33,203 bases of DNA from Dehalococcoidales bacterium (GCA_030640255.1 DAOWJS010000103.1:1-33203); one strand, 5' to 3'. Counted from the stretch's first letter, positions 18,383 to 29,208 are shown. Translations and numbers: made by a program. Notes: a model not told the origin generated them from the sequence alone.

Positions 18383-19363
18383 ATGACTGAGACAATTTTA
18401 AGAATTAGAAATCTGAGGACATATTTTTTCACCCGGCGGGGTACGGTTAAGGCAGTAGACGGCATCGATTTTGACCTTCTGAAGAGCAAATGCCTGTGTC
18501 TGGTGGGCGAATCCGGCTGCGGGAAAACAGTGACCGCGCTGTCTATTTTAGGTTTAATTGATAGTCCACCGGGCAGGATAGTCGGCGGCGAAATATACTA
18601 CAACAATCTAAATCTACTGGAATGTCCCCCTGACCAGCTCAGGCGTATCAGAGGCAAAGAAATTGCCATGGTCTTTCAGGATGCGCAATCAGCCCTCAAT
18701 CCAGTATTCACCATAGGTAACCAGATAGTGGAGCAGGTAAAGCTCCACCTCGGGGCGACCACGCGGGAGGCAAAGGAAAAGGCGCTAAGCCTGCTGGAAG
18801 AGGTGGGCATACCAACACCGGAAAAAGTGGCTAACTATTATCCTCACCAGTTATCCGGTGGGATGAGACAGAGAGCCATGATAGCCATGAGCTTGTCCTG
18901 TGACCCGCAAATCCTTATTGCTGATGAGCCAACCACGGCGGTTGATGTAACGGTAAAAGCCCAGATTCTGGACATTTTTAACCAGCTCAAAAATACCCGG
19001 CAGATGTCCCTCCTCTTCATAACTCACGACCTGGGTATAGTTTCCGAAATTGGGGATAGGATTCTGGTCATGTACGGCGGCAGGGTCGCTGAAGCCGCTA
19101 CCGTTTCAGGATTACTCAACAATCCCAAACACCCGTACACCGCTAGCTTGATTAGGTGTTTGCCCGATATAACCCAAGTAAAAGATAGACTTGAGACCAT
19201 ACCCGGAACTGTGCCCAGCCTTATTGACCCCCCTGGTGGCTGTCTTTTCCACCCCCGATGCGATAAAGCTCTGGCTATTTGCCGGGAGGAGACGCCGCCA
19301 CCGTTTATTGTTGCCGAGGGGCATACTGTCTTCTGCCATCTATATTCTCACCTTGAAAGGTAA
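18383..19363 (+). CDS. Oligopeptide-type ABC ATP-binding protein (OppD/DppD)
   Basis: GESGCGKT, YPHQLSGGMRQR, ADEPTT and a C-terminal GCLFHPRC...C...CH motif. Start ATG 18383 lies just after the oppC stop. Confidence 0.92.
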   Translation: MTETILRIRNLRTYFFTRRGTVKAVDGIDFDLLKSKCLCLVGESGCGKTVTALSILGLIDSPPGRIVGGEIYYNNLNLLECPPDQLRRIRGKEIAMVFQDAQSALNPVFTIGNQIVEQVKLHLGATTREAKEKALSLLEEVGIPTPEKVANYYPHQLSGGMRQRAMIAMSLSCDPQILIADEPTTAVDVTVKAQILDIFNQLKNTRQMSLLFITHDLGIVSEIGDRILVMYGGRVAEAATVSGLLNNPKHPYTASLIRCLPDITQVKDRLETIPGTVPSLIDPPGGCLFHPRCDKALAICREETPPPFIVAEGHTVFCHLYSHLER

Positions 19364-19372
19364 AATGGGATA

Positions 19373-20338
19373 ATGTTGAACCATAAGCTACTGGAAGTAG
19401 AGAATTTAAAGAAATACTACCTAATTACCGGCGGGCTACTTGCCCGACAGGTTGGTGAAGTAAAGGCAGTTGATGGGGTATCTTTTTATATTAAAGAGGG
19501 AGAAACCCTGGGGTTAGCCGGTGAATCAGGATGTGGGAAATCCACTCTGGGCAGGATAATATTGAGATTAGAGGAGCCGACCGAAGGGGAAATTATTTAC
19601 CAGGGAATCAATATCACCAGGCTGGGCAAGAAGGAACTACGAAGATTACGAAAGCAAATCCAGATAATATTTCAGGACCCCCAGTCCTCTCTCGACCCAA
19701 GGATGACGGTCAACCAGTCCATAGGCGAGGCTCTACTCATCCACGGTATGAAAGATGAGAAGGAACGGGCAAAAAGAGTGGTAGAGATACTGGAGCGAGT
19801 CGGCTTGGAAGCCCAACACGCCTGGTGCTACCCTCACGAGTTCAGTAGCGGACAGAGGCAACGCATCGGCATTGGTCGAGCGCTGGCGGTAAATCCCAAG
19901 CTTATTATCGCTGATGAGCCGGTAAGCGCCCTGGATGTTTCTATTCAGGCTCAAATCTTAAATCTAATGCTAGACCTGCAGACGGAATTTGGTCTGGCAT
20001 ATTTATTCATTGCCCACGATTTATCGGTGATAAGACAAATCTCCCACCGGGTGGCCATAATGTATCTGGGCAAAATTGTTGAGCTAGCCGAAAAGGGTGA
20101 GATTTTCCAGAATCCCCTTCATCCCTATACCGAGGCGTTACTATCTGCCATCCCCAATATAAGGCAAAGGAAGAAGGCTAGAATCCTGCTCCCGGGTAGT
20201 GTTCCCTCTCCCTTGAACCCTCCCGCCGGCTGCCGCTTCCACACTCGATGCCACCGGGTATTACCAATTTGTGATAAAGAAGAGCCACCGCTCAAGGATG
20301 TCGGGGAGGGACACCTGGTAGCGTGTCATTTGTATTAG
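19373..20338 (+). CDS. Oligopeptide-type ABC ATP-binding protein (OppF/DppF)
   Basis: GESGCGKS, YPHEFSSGQRQR, ADEPVSALD, GCRFHTRC...ACH. Confidence 0.92.
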   Translation: MLNHKLLEVENLKKYYLITGGLLARQVGEVKAVDGVSFYIKEGETLGLAGESGCGKSTLGRIILRLEEPTEGEIIYQGINITRLGKKELRRLRKQIQIIFQDPQSSLDPRMTVNQSIGEALLIHGMKDEKERAKRVVEILERVGLEAQHAWCYPHEFSSGQRQRIGIGRALAVNPKLIIADEPVSALDVSIQAQILNLMLDLQTEFGLAYLFIAHDLSVIRQISHRVAIMYLGKIVELAEKGEIFQNPLHPYTEALLSAIPNIRQRKKARILLPGSVPSPLNPPAGCRFHTRCHRVLPICDKEEPPLKDVGEGHLVACHLY

Positions 20339-20394
20339 GCCTAATTTTGCTAATAGCTTACCGTGGCGAGGCGGACTAAATTATAGATGACCTT

Positions 20395-20745
20395 CTAGCG
20401 ACCTTTTATCTCGTAGGAGCTAAAAATGAAGTCCAGGTCGTCCTGCAAAGCCGAAATCTTCTCCCGGGAAAAGAGCTTTTCATCTATATCCAGCATTACC
20501 TTGGTTTCACCTTTAGCTGAGCCTACGATATGGGCTCTGAGGCATTCCTTTTCCGCCTTGCCCGACTCACCTTGAACCTTGAAGGTTAGTGTGCCCCGAG
20601 AGATAAATGATGACGAGTCAGTAGGCAGAGAGTATGTTTCAAATTTTGCCTCACCTATAACCGCTCCTTGCTTGAGGACAAAATCTCTCACCTCATCATA
20701 TAGCAACTCAGGCTTTACATCTTGGTATGTTTTCCTAATCTGCAC
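20395..20745 (-). CDS. Hypothetical protein
   Basis: 116-aa ORF with natural composition, GTG start after a GGGG SD-like sequence, TTGACA-16 nt-TATTAT upstream (20787-20814, minus strand); convergent with oppF. Confidence 0.7.
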   Translation of the reverse strand: MQIRKTYQDVKPELLYDEVRDFVLKQGAVIGEAKFETYSLPTDSSSFISRGTLTFKVQGESGKAEKECLRAHIVGSAKGETKVMLDIDEKLFSREKISALQDDLDFIFSSYEIKGR

Positions 20746-20825
20746 CTGATTCCCCGCATTTATTATACTCTATATCGGAAGTTTATATAATAGAGCTTTG
20801 CCAATTTTTGTCAAGGAGATTATTT

Positions 20826-21249
20826 ATTAACCTCACCCCTTTAGATTTTTATTAGGTAACCCCATCCCCTTTATCCTTGCCAAAGCAGGCAAGGACTTTA
20901 TCCCCTTCATTCGTGAAATTATAAACTCTAATTTCTAAATCCTAAACAAATTCAAAATTCAAATCCCTAAAGTCTAGAATTTAGTATTTAGTATTTTTAT
21001 TAAATAGGGGCTCCGCCCCTCTAACACCCCTGACTCTTACTCTTGAACAGGGGCTTCGCCTCCCTTTGACTCTCCTTAAAAGGAGAGGGGAAGAGTTTTT
21101 AGCAAAGGGATTTAAAGGGGCGAAGCCCCTTTAAGAATTTCTCTTCCCTCTCCCCTTATGAAGGGGAGAGGGATAAAGGGTGAGGGGTTGTTAAACAATC
21201 TTTTATTAAGGGAAGGGGGGGCAGGGGGATAGGTTGCTAAACAACCTAG
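20826..21249. repeat. Composite GC-rich palindromic (REP/BIME-like) repeat, copy 1, with AT-rich heptamer module and a mini-palindrome insertion
   Basis: Hairpins AGGGGCTCCGCCCCT (21006-21020), TTAAAGGGGCGAAGCCCCTTTAA (21112-21134) and CCCTCTCCCC-TTATGAA-GGGGAGAGGG; GGGATAAAGGGGTGAGG end motif. Confidence 0.85.
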
Positions 21250-21262
21250 ATAGCAAGCCTTC

Positions 21263-21291
21263 TTGATTTTACCTTCAGCATAAGATATACT
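21263..21291 (+). promoter_or_regulatory. Sigma70-type promoter for the rpsB operon
   Basis: TTGATT-17 nt-TATACT; TATACTTG occurs twice in tandem. Confidence 0.6.
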
Positions 21292-21349
21292 TGTATACTT
21301 GTTAACAGATTTATTAAACAACAATTAATCATAAGGAAGGGATTCAAGA

Positions 21350-22132
21350 TTGCCAAATAGAGTTACTATTAAGGACCTTTTAGAATCTGGTGCCCACTTT
21401 GGGCATCAGACCAGTCGCTGGCATCCTCGTATGAAGAGCTACATTTTCACTAAGCGCAACGGTATTCATATTATTGACCTAGAACAAACCGTCAGCATGT
21501 TAGACAAGGCTTGCGACTTTATCCAGCAAGTAGTAGAGGAGGGCGGCACTATCCTTTTTGTCGGCACTAAAAAGCAAGCCCAGGAAACTATTGAGGAAGA
21601 GGCTAATCGCTGTGGTATGTATTATGTCAACCAACGTTGGCTGGGAGGAGTGCTGACTAACTTTGCCACTATCCAAGCCCGTATTGACTATCTCGTCCGC
21701 TTGGAGGACCAGCAAACTAGAGGGGAATTTGACTGCCTACCTAAAAAGGAAGCCCTAAAACTAGGGGAGAAAATCTCACGCCTTAATCATCAGATGGGTG
21801 GTTTCAAAGAGATGACCAGCCTGCCCGATGCTCTATTCATTGTTGACCCTACCAAGGAAAGGATTGCTCTAGCTGAAGCCAAGCGTACAGGAATACCAGT
21901 GGTAGCTATAGTAGATACTAATTGTAACCCCGACGATATAGACCACCCCATTCCCGCCAACGACGATGCTATTAGAGCCATAAAACTGATATGTAATAAA
22001 GTTGCTGATGCCGTTATTGAAGGCAAAACCGGTGAGGTAGTGATTCCGACAGAGGAAGGTGAGGAAAGGGGTCTAGAGGAACTTAAAGTTACCGAGACTA
22101 CCGAACCTGCTACTTTCACCCCGAATGAATAA
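21350..22132 (+). CDS. rpsB: 30S ribosomal protein S2
   Basis: [43 protein letters not shown]; TTG start. Confidence 0.98.
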   Translation: MPNRVTIKDLLESGAHFGHQTSRWHPRMKSYIFTKRNGIHIIDLEQTVSMLDKACDFIQQVVEEGGTILFVGTKKQAQETIEEEANRCGMYYVNQRWLGGVLTNFATIQARIDYLVRLEDQQTRGEFDCLPKKEALKLGEKISRLNHQMGGFKEMTSLPDALFIVDPTKERIALAEAKRTGIPVVAIVDTNCNPDDIDHPIPANDDAIRAIKLICNKVADAVIEGKTGEVVIPTEEGEERGLEELKVTETTEPATFTPNE

Positions 22133-22152
22133 TAAAAACAGAGAGGGAGAAG

Positions 22153-22656
22153 TTGAAAATTCCAACCACCAGAGTAAAGGAGCTAAGAGACCAGTCTGGA
22201 GCCGGGGTTATGGATTGTAGAAATGCCCTACTTGAAGCCGAGGGGGACATAGAAAAGGCGCTCGAAATTCTAAAGCAGAAAGGCTGTCTTCAGGCACAAA
22301 AGAAAGCAGAACGTGCCGCCACTCAAGGAGTGATTGAAGCTTACATCCATACCGGTGGGCAAATAGGAACCATGGTTGAAGTCAACTGTGAAACTGACTT
22401 TGTAGCTCATACTGACGAATTCAAGGAACTGGCTCACCACCTGGCAATGCAAGTAGCCGCCATGCCTCCCCACTTCGTCTCAAAAGAAGAAGTCCCCGAA
22501 GGAGCTGAGATAGAACCTCAATCAGCTTGCCTGCTTCTCCAGCCTTTCATTAAAAACCCCGACAAGACCATTCAGGATATTATAAACGAAACTATTGCCA
22601 AGGTGGGAGAGAATATCAAAGTAAGTAGATTTGCTCGATTTGAAGTAGGCAGTTAG
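22153..22656 (+). CDS. tsf: Elongation factor Ts (short form)
   Basis: VKELRDQSGAGVMDC, EVNCETDFVA, GENIKVSRFARF; follows rpsB. Confidence 0.97.
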   Translation: MKIPTTRVKELRDQSGAGVMDCRNALLEAEGDIEKALEILKQKGCLQAQKKAERAATQGVIEAYIHTGGQIGTMVEVNCETDFVAHTDEFKELAHHLAMQVAAMPPHFVSKEEVPEGAEIEPQSACLLLQPFIKNPDKTIQDIINETIAKVGENIKVSRFARFEVGS

Positions 22657-23391
<735 letters not shown>

Positions 23392-23395
23392 GAAA

Positions 23396-23953
23396 ATGGC
23401 TAGCCGCACTCTATGGACTATTGAAGAAAAAATGCAAATATCTGTTGAGGGCTTGAAGAGGGAGTTAGCCACTATTCGCACCGGGCACGCCACCCCCGCC
23501 TTAATAGAGCATATCAAGGTGGAATATGCTGGCGTTCCCACTCCACTCAATCAAATTGCTGGTATTTCGGCGCCTGAAGCCAGGCTCCTCGTCGTCCAAC
23601 CCTGGGACCCAGGCAGTATACATAACATAGAAAAAGCTATCCTGAAGTCAAACCTGGGGCTAAATCCGACTAGTGATGGGCGTATAATTCGGGTGAATAT
23701 TCCACCACTTACTGAAGAGCGACGACGGGAGCTAATTAAGATGGTGCGAAGTAGAGTTGAGGAAAGAAAGATTGCAATACGCAACCTAAGACGTGAAGCC
23801 ATGGAAGAACTAAAGGGGCTAGAGAAAAATAAGGATATATCACAGGATGAGCTTAAGCGCGTCCTAGACCAGCTACAAAAGCTTACCGATAGCTTCACAG
23901 CCGATACCGAGCAAATTGGACGAGATAAAGAAGCCGAACTTATGGAGGTCTAG
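23396..23953 (+). CDS. frr: Ribosome recycling factor
   Basis: IRTGHATP, LGLNP, PPLTEERR, IRNLRR. Confidence 0.97.
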   Translation: MASRTLWTIEEKMQISVEGLKRELATIRTGHATPALIEHIKVEYAGVPTPLNQIAGISAPEARLLVVQPWDPGSIHNIEKAILKSNLGLNPTSDGRIIRVNIPPLTEERRRELIKMVRSRVEERKIAIRNLRREAMEELKGLEKNKDISQDELKRVLDQLQKLTDSFTADTEQIGRDKEAELMEV

Positions 23954-23975
23954 CTAAGGTTAAAGAGGTTTAATA

Positions 23976-24758
23976 TTGAGTGGCAAAACAGTAGGTACTT
24001 CATCAACAATGAAAAGGATTGCTCTACTCCCCAATCATGTAGCCATTGTGCCCGACGGTAATGGTAGATGGGCAGAGCAGCACGGGTTACCCAGGCTTGA
24101 GGGGCATCAGGCAGGGGCAGAAAACATGCGCCGCATGGTCGAATACCTTAATGAATACCCAATAAAATATGTAACCCTTTATGGTTTCTCTACGGAAAAC
24201 TGGAGCCGACCCGAAGATGAGGTTAGAGGTTTATTCCAGCTGCTGGGGGAGTTTATAGATAAATGTGTCTCAGAATTTTATGAGAATGGTATCAAACTCC
24301 GTCACCTTGGTCGCCTTAATGAACTCCCGCAAAATCTGCAACAAACAATAAATAGAGCGGCAGAGCTAACTAAAAACAATACCAGAATGACACTTGGCCT
24401 CGCCTTCAATTACGGAGGACGCGCTGAGATTATAGATGCCGTGCGCTGCCTGGTAGCTGAAGGTATCCCACCCCAAAACATAGACGAAATTTTATTTAAT
24501 AACTACCTTTATACCGCCGGCTTACCCGATGTTGACCTGTTAATTCGCACTGGTGATGAGCTCCGTCTTAGCAATTTTTTAATCTGGCAAACAGCTTACA
24601 GCGAATACTACTTTACCGATGTTCTATGGCCCGACTTTGATAAAAAAGAGGTGGAGAAAGCACTAATAGCCTATAGCCAGAGGAAAAGGCGCTTCGGCGG
24701 ACTACAAAGAGGCAAAAAGGGAAACAGAGTAAACAGCATTACTCCCGGCAACACGTAG
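23976..24758 (+). CDS. uppS: Isoprenyl (undecaprenyl) diphosphate synthase; start may be ATG 24009
   Basis: HVAIVPDGNGRWA, FSTENWSRP, NYGGR, DLLIRTG, RLSNFLIWQ, RRFGG. Confidence 0.95.
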   Translation: MSGKTVGTSSTMKRIALLPNHVAIVPDGNGRWAEQHGLPRLEGHQAGAENMRRMVEYLNEYPIKYVTLYGFSTENWSRPEDEVRGLFQLLGEFIDKCVSEFYENGIKLRHLGRLNELPQNLQQTINRAAELTKNNTRMTLGLAFNYGGRAEIIDAVRCLVAEGIPPQNIDEILFNNYLYTAGLPDVDLLIRTGDELRLSNFLIWQTAYSEYYFTDVLWPDFDKKEVEKALIAYSQRKRRFGGLQRGKKGNRVNSITPGNT

Positions 24759-24769
24759 CTAAAGTCTAT

Positions 24770-24850
24770 TTAATAACCTAACCCCTTGTGTCCCCCTCCC
24801 CCTGATGAGGAGAGGGGGAATCGGTTATGTAAGAGGGGCTTTGCCTCTCG
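24770..24850. repeat. GC-rich palindromic repeat, copy 2 (short, degenerate)
   Basis: AACCTAACCCC...TCCCCCTC...GAGGGGGA stem and AGAGGGGCTTTGCCTCTC hairpin, as in the other copies. Confidence 0.7.
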
Positions 24851-24888
24851 GTAACACTCTTTACTCCAGAGAGGTAAAGGGAAATCTC

Positions 24889-25710
24889 ATGCTTAAGAAA
24901 AGGGCCATAACTGCACTATGGGTTATTCCTCTCCTCGTCGCGGCTATTTGGTTTGACCAACCATTGCCCTGGTTCACCATAGTAGTGGCTATCTGGGGAC
25001 TGCTGGCTGCCTTTGAATTCTATAAAATGGTGGCGGTAGCCAAGGTGCCGCCCCTTACCTGCTTCGGGCTAATCTGGACATTGCTATTTATCTTGAGTCC
25101 CCATTTTGATTATGCCACTCTTATACCACTGCTATTAACCTCGGCAGTGATACTACCCCTAATCTACCTTGTAGGACGCCAGCAGAAGGAGGCTTTCACT
25201 AGCTGGGTATGGACAATAGCCGGAATTCTCTACCTAGGGTGGATGCTAAGTCATTTTGTCGCTCTGAGGGGTCTAGATACAGGCAGAAATTGGGTATTTT
25301 TTGCCCTGTTTACCACCTTTGCTTCTGATACCGCTGCCTTCTTCATCGGCAGAGTCCTGGGCAGACACCGCCTTGCCCCGCATATTAGCCCCGGCAAAAC
25401 CTGGGAAGGCGCCATAGCTGGCGTCTTTGGTGCCATCATAATTAGCTTGCTTTTTATCACACCCAATCTCTTTACTGTACCCAATCCCCTCTATCTTCAG
25501 GATTTTAGCTACTGGCAGGCAATACTTTTAGGCTTACTGGTCAGTGTCTTTGGGCAACTTGGCGACCTGATAGAGTCCCTGCTCAAACGCAACATGGGAG
25601 TAAAGGACTCAAGCCAGCTAATACCTGGACATGGTGGCTTCCTTGACCGTATAGACAGCATTGTCTTTGCTGGCGTAGTGGTATATTATTATGTAATATG
25701 GGTGGTATAG
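24889..25710 (+). CDS. cdsA: Phosphatidate cytidylyltransferase
   Basis: SDTAAFFIG, SPGKTWEG, GDLIESLLKR, KDS...IPGHGGFLDRIDS. Start is MLKKR at 24889; the ORF-track extension is repeat sequence. Confidence 0.95.
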   Translation: MLKKRAITALWVIPLLVAAIWFDQPLPWFTIVVAIWGLLAAFEFYKMVAVAKVPPLTCFGLIWTLLFILSPHFDYATLIPLLLTSAVILPLIYLVGRQQKEAFTSWVWTIAGILYLGWMLSHFVALRGLDTGRNWVFFALFTTFASDTAAFFIGRVLGRHRLAPHISPGKTWEGAIAGVFGAIIISLLFITPNLFTVPNPLYLQDFSYWQAILLGLLVSVFGQLGDLIESLLKRNMGVKDSSQLIPGHGGFLDRIDSIVFAGVVVYYYVIWVV

Positions 25711-26849
25711 TAAAGCAACTAGCTGTTCTGGGCTCAACCGGCTCCATAGGTCAGCAAACGCTTCAAGTAGTCCGTGCCTTACCTGACCGGTTTCATATAG
25801 TTGGGCTGGCGGCGGGGAAGAACCTTGAGCTACTGACCAAGCAAGTCAATGAGTTCAGACCCAGATTTATCTACTACCAGGATAGAGAGACACGGGTTCG
25901 CCTGACTAACGGGGAATATGAATTCCTATCACCGGAAGACATCGCCCGTCACCCTCAAGTGGACACCGTGGTCATCGCTACCCCCGGGAAGTCAGGGCTG
26001 AGCCCGACACTGGCGGCAGTGAAAGCCGGCAAAAGGGTCGCCCTGGCCAACAAGGAATCGTTAGTCATGGCCGGCGAGATTATCACCGATGAGGCAAACC
26101 TAAATGGAGCCCAGATTCTGCCTATTGATAGTGAACACAGCGCTATATGGCAATGCCTCAGAGGCGAAATGCAACCACCGGTCCAGATTATGCTGACGGC
26201 ATCAGGGGGGCCTTTCCTTCACTATTCACCAGCGCAGCTAAATAAAGTTACCATTGACCAAGCACTAAAGCACCCCTCGTGGCAGATGGGAAGGAAGGTT
26301 ACCATTGACTCGGCTACCCTGATGAACAAGGGGTTGGAGGTAATTGAAGCCCACTGGCTATTTAACCTGCCTTTTGAGGATATCAAGGTTTTAATTCACC
26401 CCCAGAGCATTATACACTCTATGGTAGAATTCGCCGACGGCTCAACTAAAGCCCAGTTAGGTTACCCTGATATGCGCCTACCCATTCAATATGCCCTGTC
26501 CTACCCGGAACGGCTAGCCAACCCCCAGCTCCCCCGGCTTGACTGGAGTCGGATTAATAGCCTCACCTTTGAGTCACCTGACCTGGATACCTTCCCTTGT
26601 CTCAGGTTAGCCATTGAGGCGGGGAGGAAGGGGGAGACTTACCCGGCGGTGCTTGGCGGCGCCGATGAGGTAGCTGTGGAACTCTTCCTATCACAACGCA
26701 TTAAATTTACCGATATTGCCCACCTTGTAGAGCAAGCGCTGGAACAGCATCAAGTTATAGCTTACCCCAATCTGGAGGGAATACTAGCCGCTGATGCCTG
26801 GGCGAGGCGAAAAGTCACGGAACTGGCCACCGGAGATAACCCATGGTAA
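25698..26849 (+). CDS. dxr: 1-deoxy-D-xylulose-5-phosphate reductoisomerase
   Basis: LGSTGSIG, LANKESLV, PIDSEHSA, TASGGPF, HPSWQMG, NKGLEVIEA. Confidence 0.97.
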   Translation: MGGIVKQLAVLGSTGSIGQQTLQVVRALPDRFHIVGLAAGKNLELLTKQVNEFRPRFIYYQDRETRVRLTNGEYEFLSPEDIARHPQVDTVVIATPGKSGLSPTLAAVKAGKRVALANKESLVMAGEIITDEANLNGAQILPIDSEHSAIWQCLRGEMQPPVQIMLTASGGPFLHYSPAQLNKVTIDQALKHPSWQMGRKVTIDSATLMNKGLEVIEAHWLFNLPFEDIKVLIHPQSIIHSMVEFADGSTKAQLGYPDMRLPIQYALSYPERLANPQLPRLDWSRINSLTFESPDLDTFPCLRLAIEAGRKGETYPAVLGGADEVAVELFLSQRIKFTDIAHLVEQALEQHQVIAYPNLEGILAADAWARRKVTELATGDNPW

Positions 26850-27901
26850 TTAATATCATAATAGGTGTAGTTGTTCTGTCAGTGATTATCCTTGCCCACG
26901 AACTGGGGCATTTTATTACTGCCAAAGCTTCCGGGGTAAAAGTGGAAGAATTCGGCTTGGGCTTCCCCCCACGATTATTCGGGGTAAGACGGGGGGAAAC
27001 ACTATACTCACTGAATGCGATACCCTTTGGCGGTTTTACCAAGATGGCCGGCGAAGAAGACCCCAAGGCGCCAAGGAGTTTAGCCAGTAAGGGCATCGGC
27101 ACCAGGCTACTGGTGCTCAGTGCCGGCTCACTAATGAATATCCTGCTGCCTCTCCTTCTGTTCTCAATTGCCTTTATGGTTCCCCATAACCTGGTAGTCG
27201 GACAGGTACTAGTAGAAGAGGTAGCCCCGAATTCGCCAGCCGCCAGGGCTGAGATTGAATCTGGAGACTTATTACTCAGCATAAACGGGGAACCACTGCC
27301 CAATAGCGGTGAGCTAAACCGCCTTGTTTACCTCAACCTGGGTAATGAAATTACCATTCTTGTTAAACACCTTGACTCAACTGCCAAGGATGTTCAGTTA
27401 ATACCCCGATGGAAACCGCCAGAAGGTGAGGGAGCGATTGGCATTTGGCACACTACATCAAATCCAACCACTATTAGCCAGCATGAGCCCTTGTGGAAGG
27501 CAATACCTATGGGAGCCAGGGAATGTATAGAAACCTTTGTTCTATATAAGAATGGAATAATCAGCGTGATTATTGGGGCAGCCCCGGCAGTAGTAGCTGG
27601 ACCGGTAGGTATTGCCCAACTAACCGGGGAGATAGCTAGGGTAGGGATAAGCCCGTTACTGGAATTTGCTGCCTTAATTAGCTTAATACTGGGTATATTA
27701 AATCTATTCCCTCTCCCCGCCTTAGATGGTGGTAGAATTGCCTTTGTCCTTCTGGAATGGTTCCGCCGGGGCAAGCGCGTGTCACCCAGAATAGAAGGGC
27801 TGGTGCACTCCATTGGCTTCGCCATGCTAATCGGACTAATGCTGGTAATCACCTACCAGGATATTTTGCGCATCATAAGCGGAGGCAGCCTGATACCATA
27901 A
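26843..27901 (+). CDS. rseP: RIP metalloprotease RseP (M50, with PDZ domain)
   Basis: HELGH zinc motif, PDZ segment VAPNSPAA, NLFPLPALDGG. Confidence 0.95.
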   Translation: MVINIIIGVVVLSVIILAHELGHFITAKASGVKVEEFGLGFPPRLFGVRRGETLYSLNAIPFGGFTKMAGEEDPKAPRSLASKGIGTRLLVLSAGSLMNILLPLLLFSIAFMVPHNLVVGQVLVEEVAPNSPAARAEIESGDLLLSINGEPLPNSGELNRLVYLNLGNEITILVKHLDSTAKDVQLIPRWKPPEGEGAIGIWHTTSNPTTISQHEPLWKAIPMGARECIETFVLYKNGIISVIIGAAPAVVAGPVGIAQLTGEIARVGISPLLEFAALISLILGILNLFPLPALDGGRIAFVLLEWFRRGKRVSPRIEGLVHSIGFAMLIGLMLVITYQDILRIISGGSLIP

Positions 27902-27915
27902 ATCAGTCTCATTTA

Positions 27916-28150
27916 TCAAGGGAAGCTTGAAGGGGCTTAGCCCCGGCTAATAAGTTAAGAGATTATTTGGTAACCTATCCCCCTGCCCCCCTTCCCTTAA
28001 CCAAGGGAAGGGGGGAGTGCAGGTGAGAGAGGGGCTTTGCCCCTCTCTAAAATCTCTTCCCAATAGGGGTTTAAGGGGCGGAGCCCCTTCAAAAACCACT
28101 CCTCCCCCTCTCCTTTGAAGGAGAGGGGGATAAAGGGGGTGAGGTAGGTA
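27916..28150. repeat. Composite GC-rich palindromic repeat, copy 3
   Basis: GGAAGCTTGAAGGGGC start; CCCCCTTCCCTT-AACC-AAGGGAAGGGGG stem; AGAGAGGGGCTTTGCCCCTCTCT (28026-28048); AAGGGGCGGAGCCCCTT (28073-28089); CCCCCTCTCCTT-TG-AAGGAGAGGGGG; ends GGGATAAAGGGGGTGAGGTAG. Confidence 0.88.
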
Positions 28151-28159
28151 AATAGTCCC

Positions 28160-29206
28160 ATGAACCTGCGGAGAAAAAGTAAACCAATTCAAATTGGCAA
28201 GGTAACTGTCGGCGGTGGCGCTCCCATCGTGGTGCAGTCTATGACTAAGACCGACACTCGTGATGTTATGTCAACTATTGCCCAAATCAAGGAGCTTGAA
28301 GATTGCGGCTGCGAACTGGTGCGAGTGGCAGTGCCTGATATTGAAGCCGCCCGGGCGATACGAGATATAAAAAGAGGCGTTTCCATACCCGTAATTGCCG
28401 ACATTCACTTTGATTACCGGCTGGCTTTAGAAGCCCTGAAGGCTGGTTGCGATGGGCTGCGGTTAAACCCGGGCAATATCGGCGAGCCGGAAAAGGTCAA
28501 GGCTATAGCTCAAGCTGCCAAAGAAAGAAACGTCCCCATCCGTGTCGGGGTCAATGCCGGCAGCCTGCCCAGAGCCGCCAATCCTAAATTAACTATCGCC
28601 CGGCAAATGGTAGATGCCGCCTTACACCAGATTCACCTGCTGGAGAGCCTGGACTTTGACCTGATTAAGGTCTCCCTCAAAGCCTTTGATGTCCCGACTA
28701 CCATTGGCGCCTACCAGGATATTGCCCAGAAGATACCCTACCCTCTGCACATCGGTATTACTGAAGCCGGCCCGCCCAGAACGGGCATTATCCGCAGCAC
28801 GGTAGGCATCAGCACCCTGCTCTACCTCGGCATTGGTGATACTATCCGGGTTTCGCTCACCGCCCACCCCCGAGAAGAGGTAATTGCCGCTTATGAAATT
28901 CTGAAGAGCCTGAACCTGCGCCAGCACGGTCCGATATTAGTCAGCTGCCCCTCCTGCGGTCGGGCTGAGGTTGATATTGTAAAATTAGCTGAGGCGGTAG
29001 AGGAAAGATTATTAAAGGTTGATAAGCCGATAAAGGTGGCGGTGATGGGCTGTGTGGTCAACGGACCCGGCGAAGCCAAAGACGCCGATATCGGCATCGC
29101 CTGCGGCAAAGGCAAAGCCGTCCTCTTCAAAAAAGGCAAGAAGCTCAGAACCATAGAGGAAAGGGATTTCGTGACGGCACTAATGGCAGAAGTGGAGAGG
29201 TTTTAG
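28160..29206 (+). CDS. ispG: (E)-4-hydroxy-3-methylbut-2-enyl-diphosphate synthase
   Basis: VQSMT, ADIHF, RLNPGNIG, PLHIGITEAG, CPSCGR, MGCVVNGPGE. Confidence 0.97.
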   Translation: MNLRRKSKPIQIGKVTVGGGAPIVVQSMTKTDTRDVMSTIAQIKELEDCGCELVRVAVPDIEAARAIRDIKRGVSIPVIADIHFDYRLALEALKAGCDGLRLNPGNIGEPEKVKAIAQAAKERNVPIRVGVNAGSLPRAANPKLTIARQMVDAALHQIHLLESLDFDLIKVSLKAFDVPTTIGAYQDIAQKIPYPLHIGITEAGPPRTGIIRSTVGISTLLYLGIGDTIRVSLTAHPREEVIAAYEILKSLNLRQHGPILVSCPSCGRAEVDIVKLAEAVEERLLKVDKPIKVAVMGCVVNGPGEAKDADIGIACGKGKAVLFKKGKKLRTIEERDFVTALMAEVERF

Positions 29207-29208
29207 CT

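Noticed and set aside
19841-19855. OppF signature FSSGQ as an inactivating change
   Set aside because: It is a single substitution at a partly tolerant position and all other ATPase motifs are intact; loss of function cannot be supported.
20826-21249. CRISPR array or integron attC interpretation of the repeats
   Set aside because: No constant-length repeat/spacer periodicity, no cas or intI gene, and I could not identify RYYYAAC/GTTRRRY core sites with proper attC pairing.
21112-21324. 70-aa minus-strand ORF (likewise 27947-28192)
   Set aside because: Pro/Gly-rich translation of the palindromic repeat; no coding evidence.
21292-21349. rpsB autoregulatory leader RNA
   Set aside because: The leader is short and AT-rich, with no recognisable S2-leader structure.
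22153-22656. Short EF-Ts as a truncated pseudogene
   Set aside because: Short EF-Ts forms are known in several phyla, and the N- and C-terminal motifs are both intact.
24805-24888. N-terminal extension of cdsA in the ORF track
   Set aside because: Derived from repeat copy 2; MLKKR at 24889 is the typical CdsA start.
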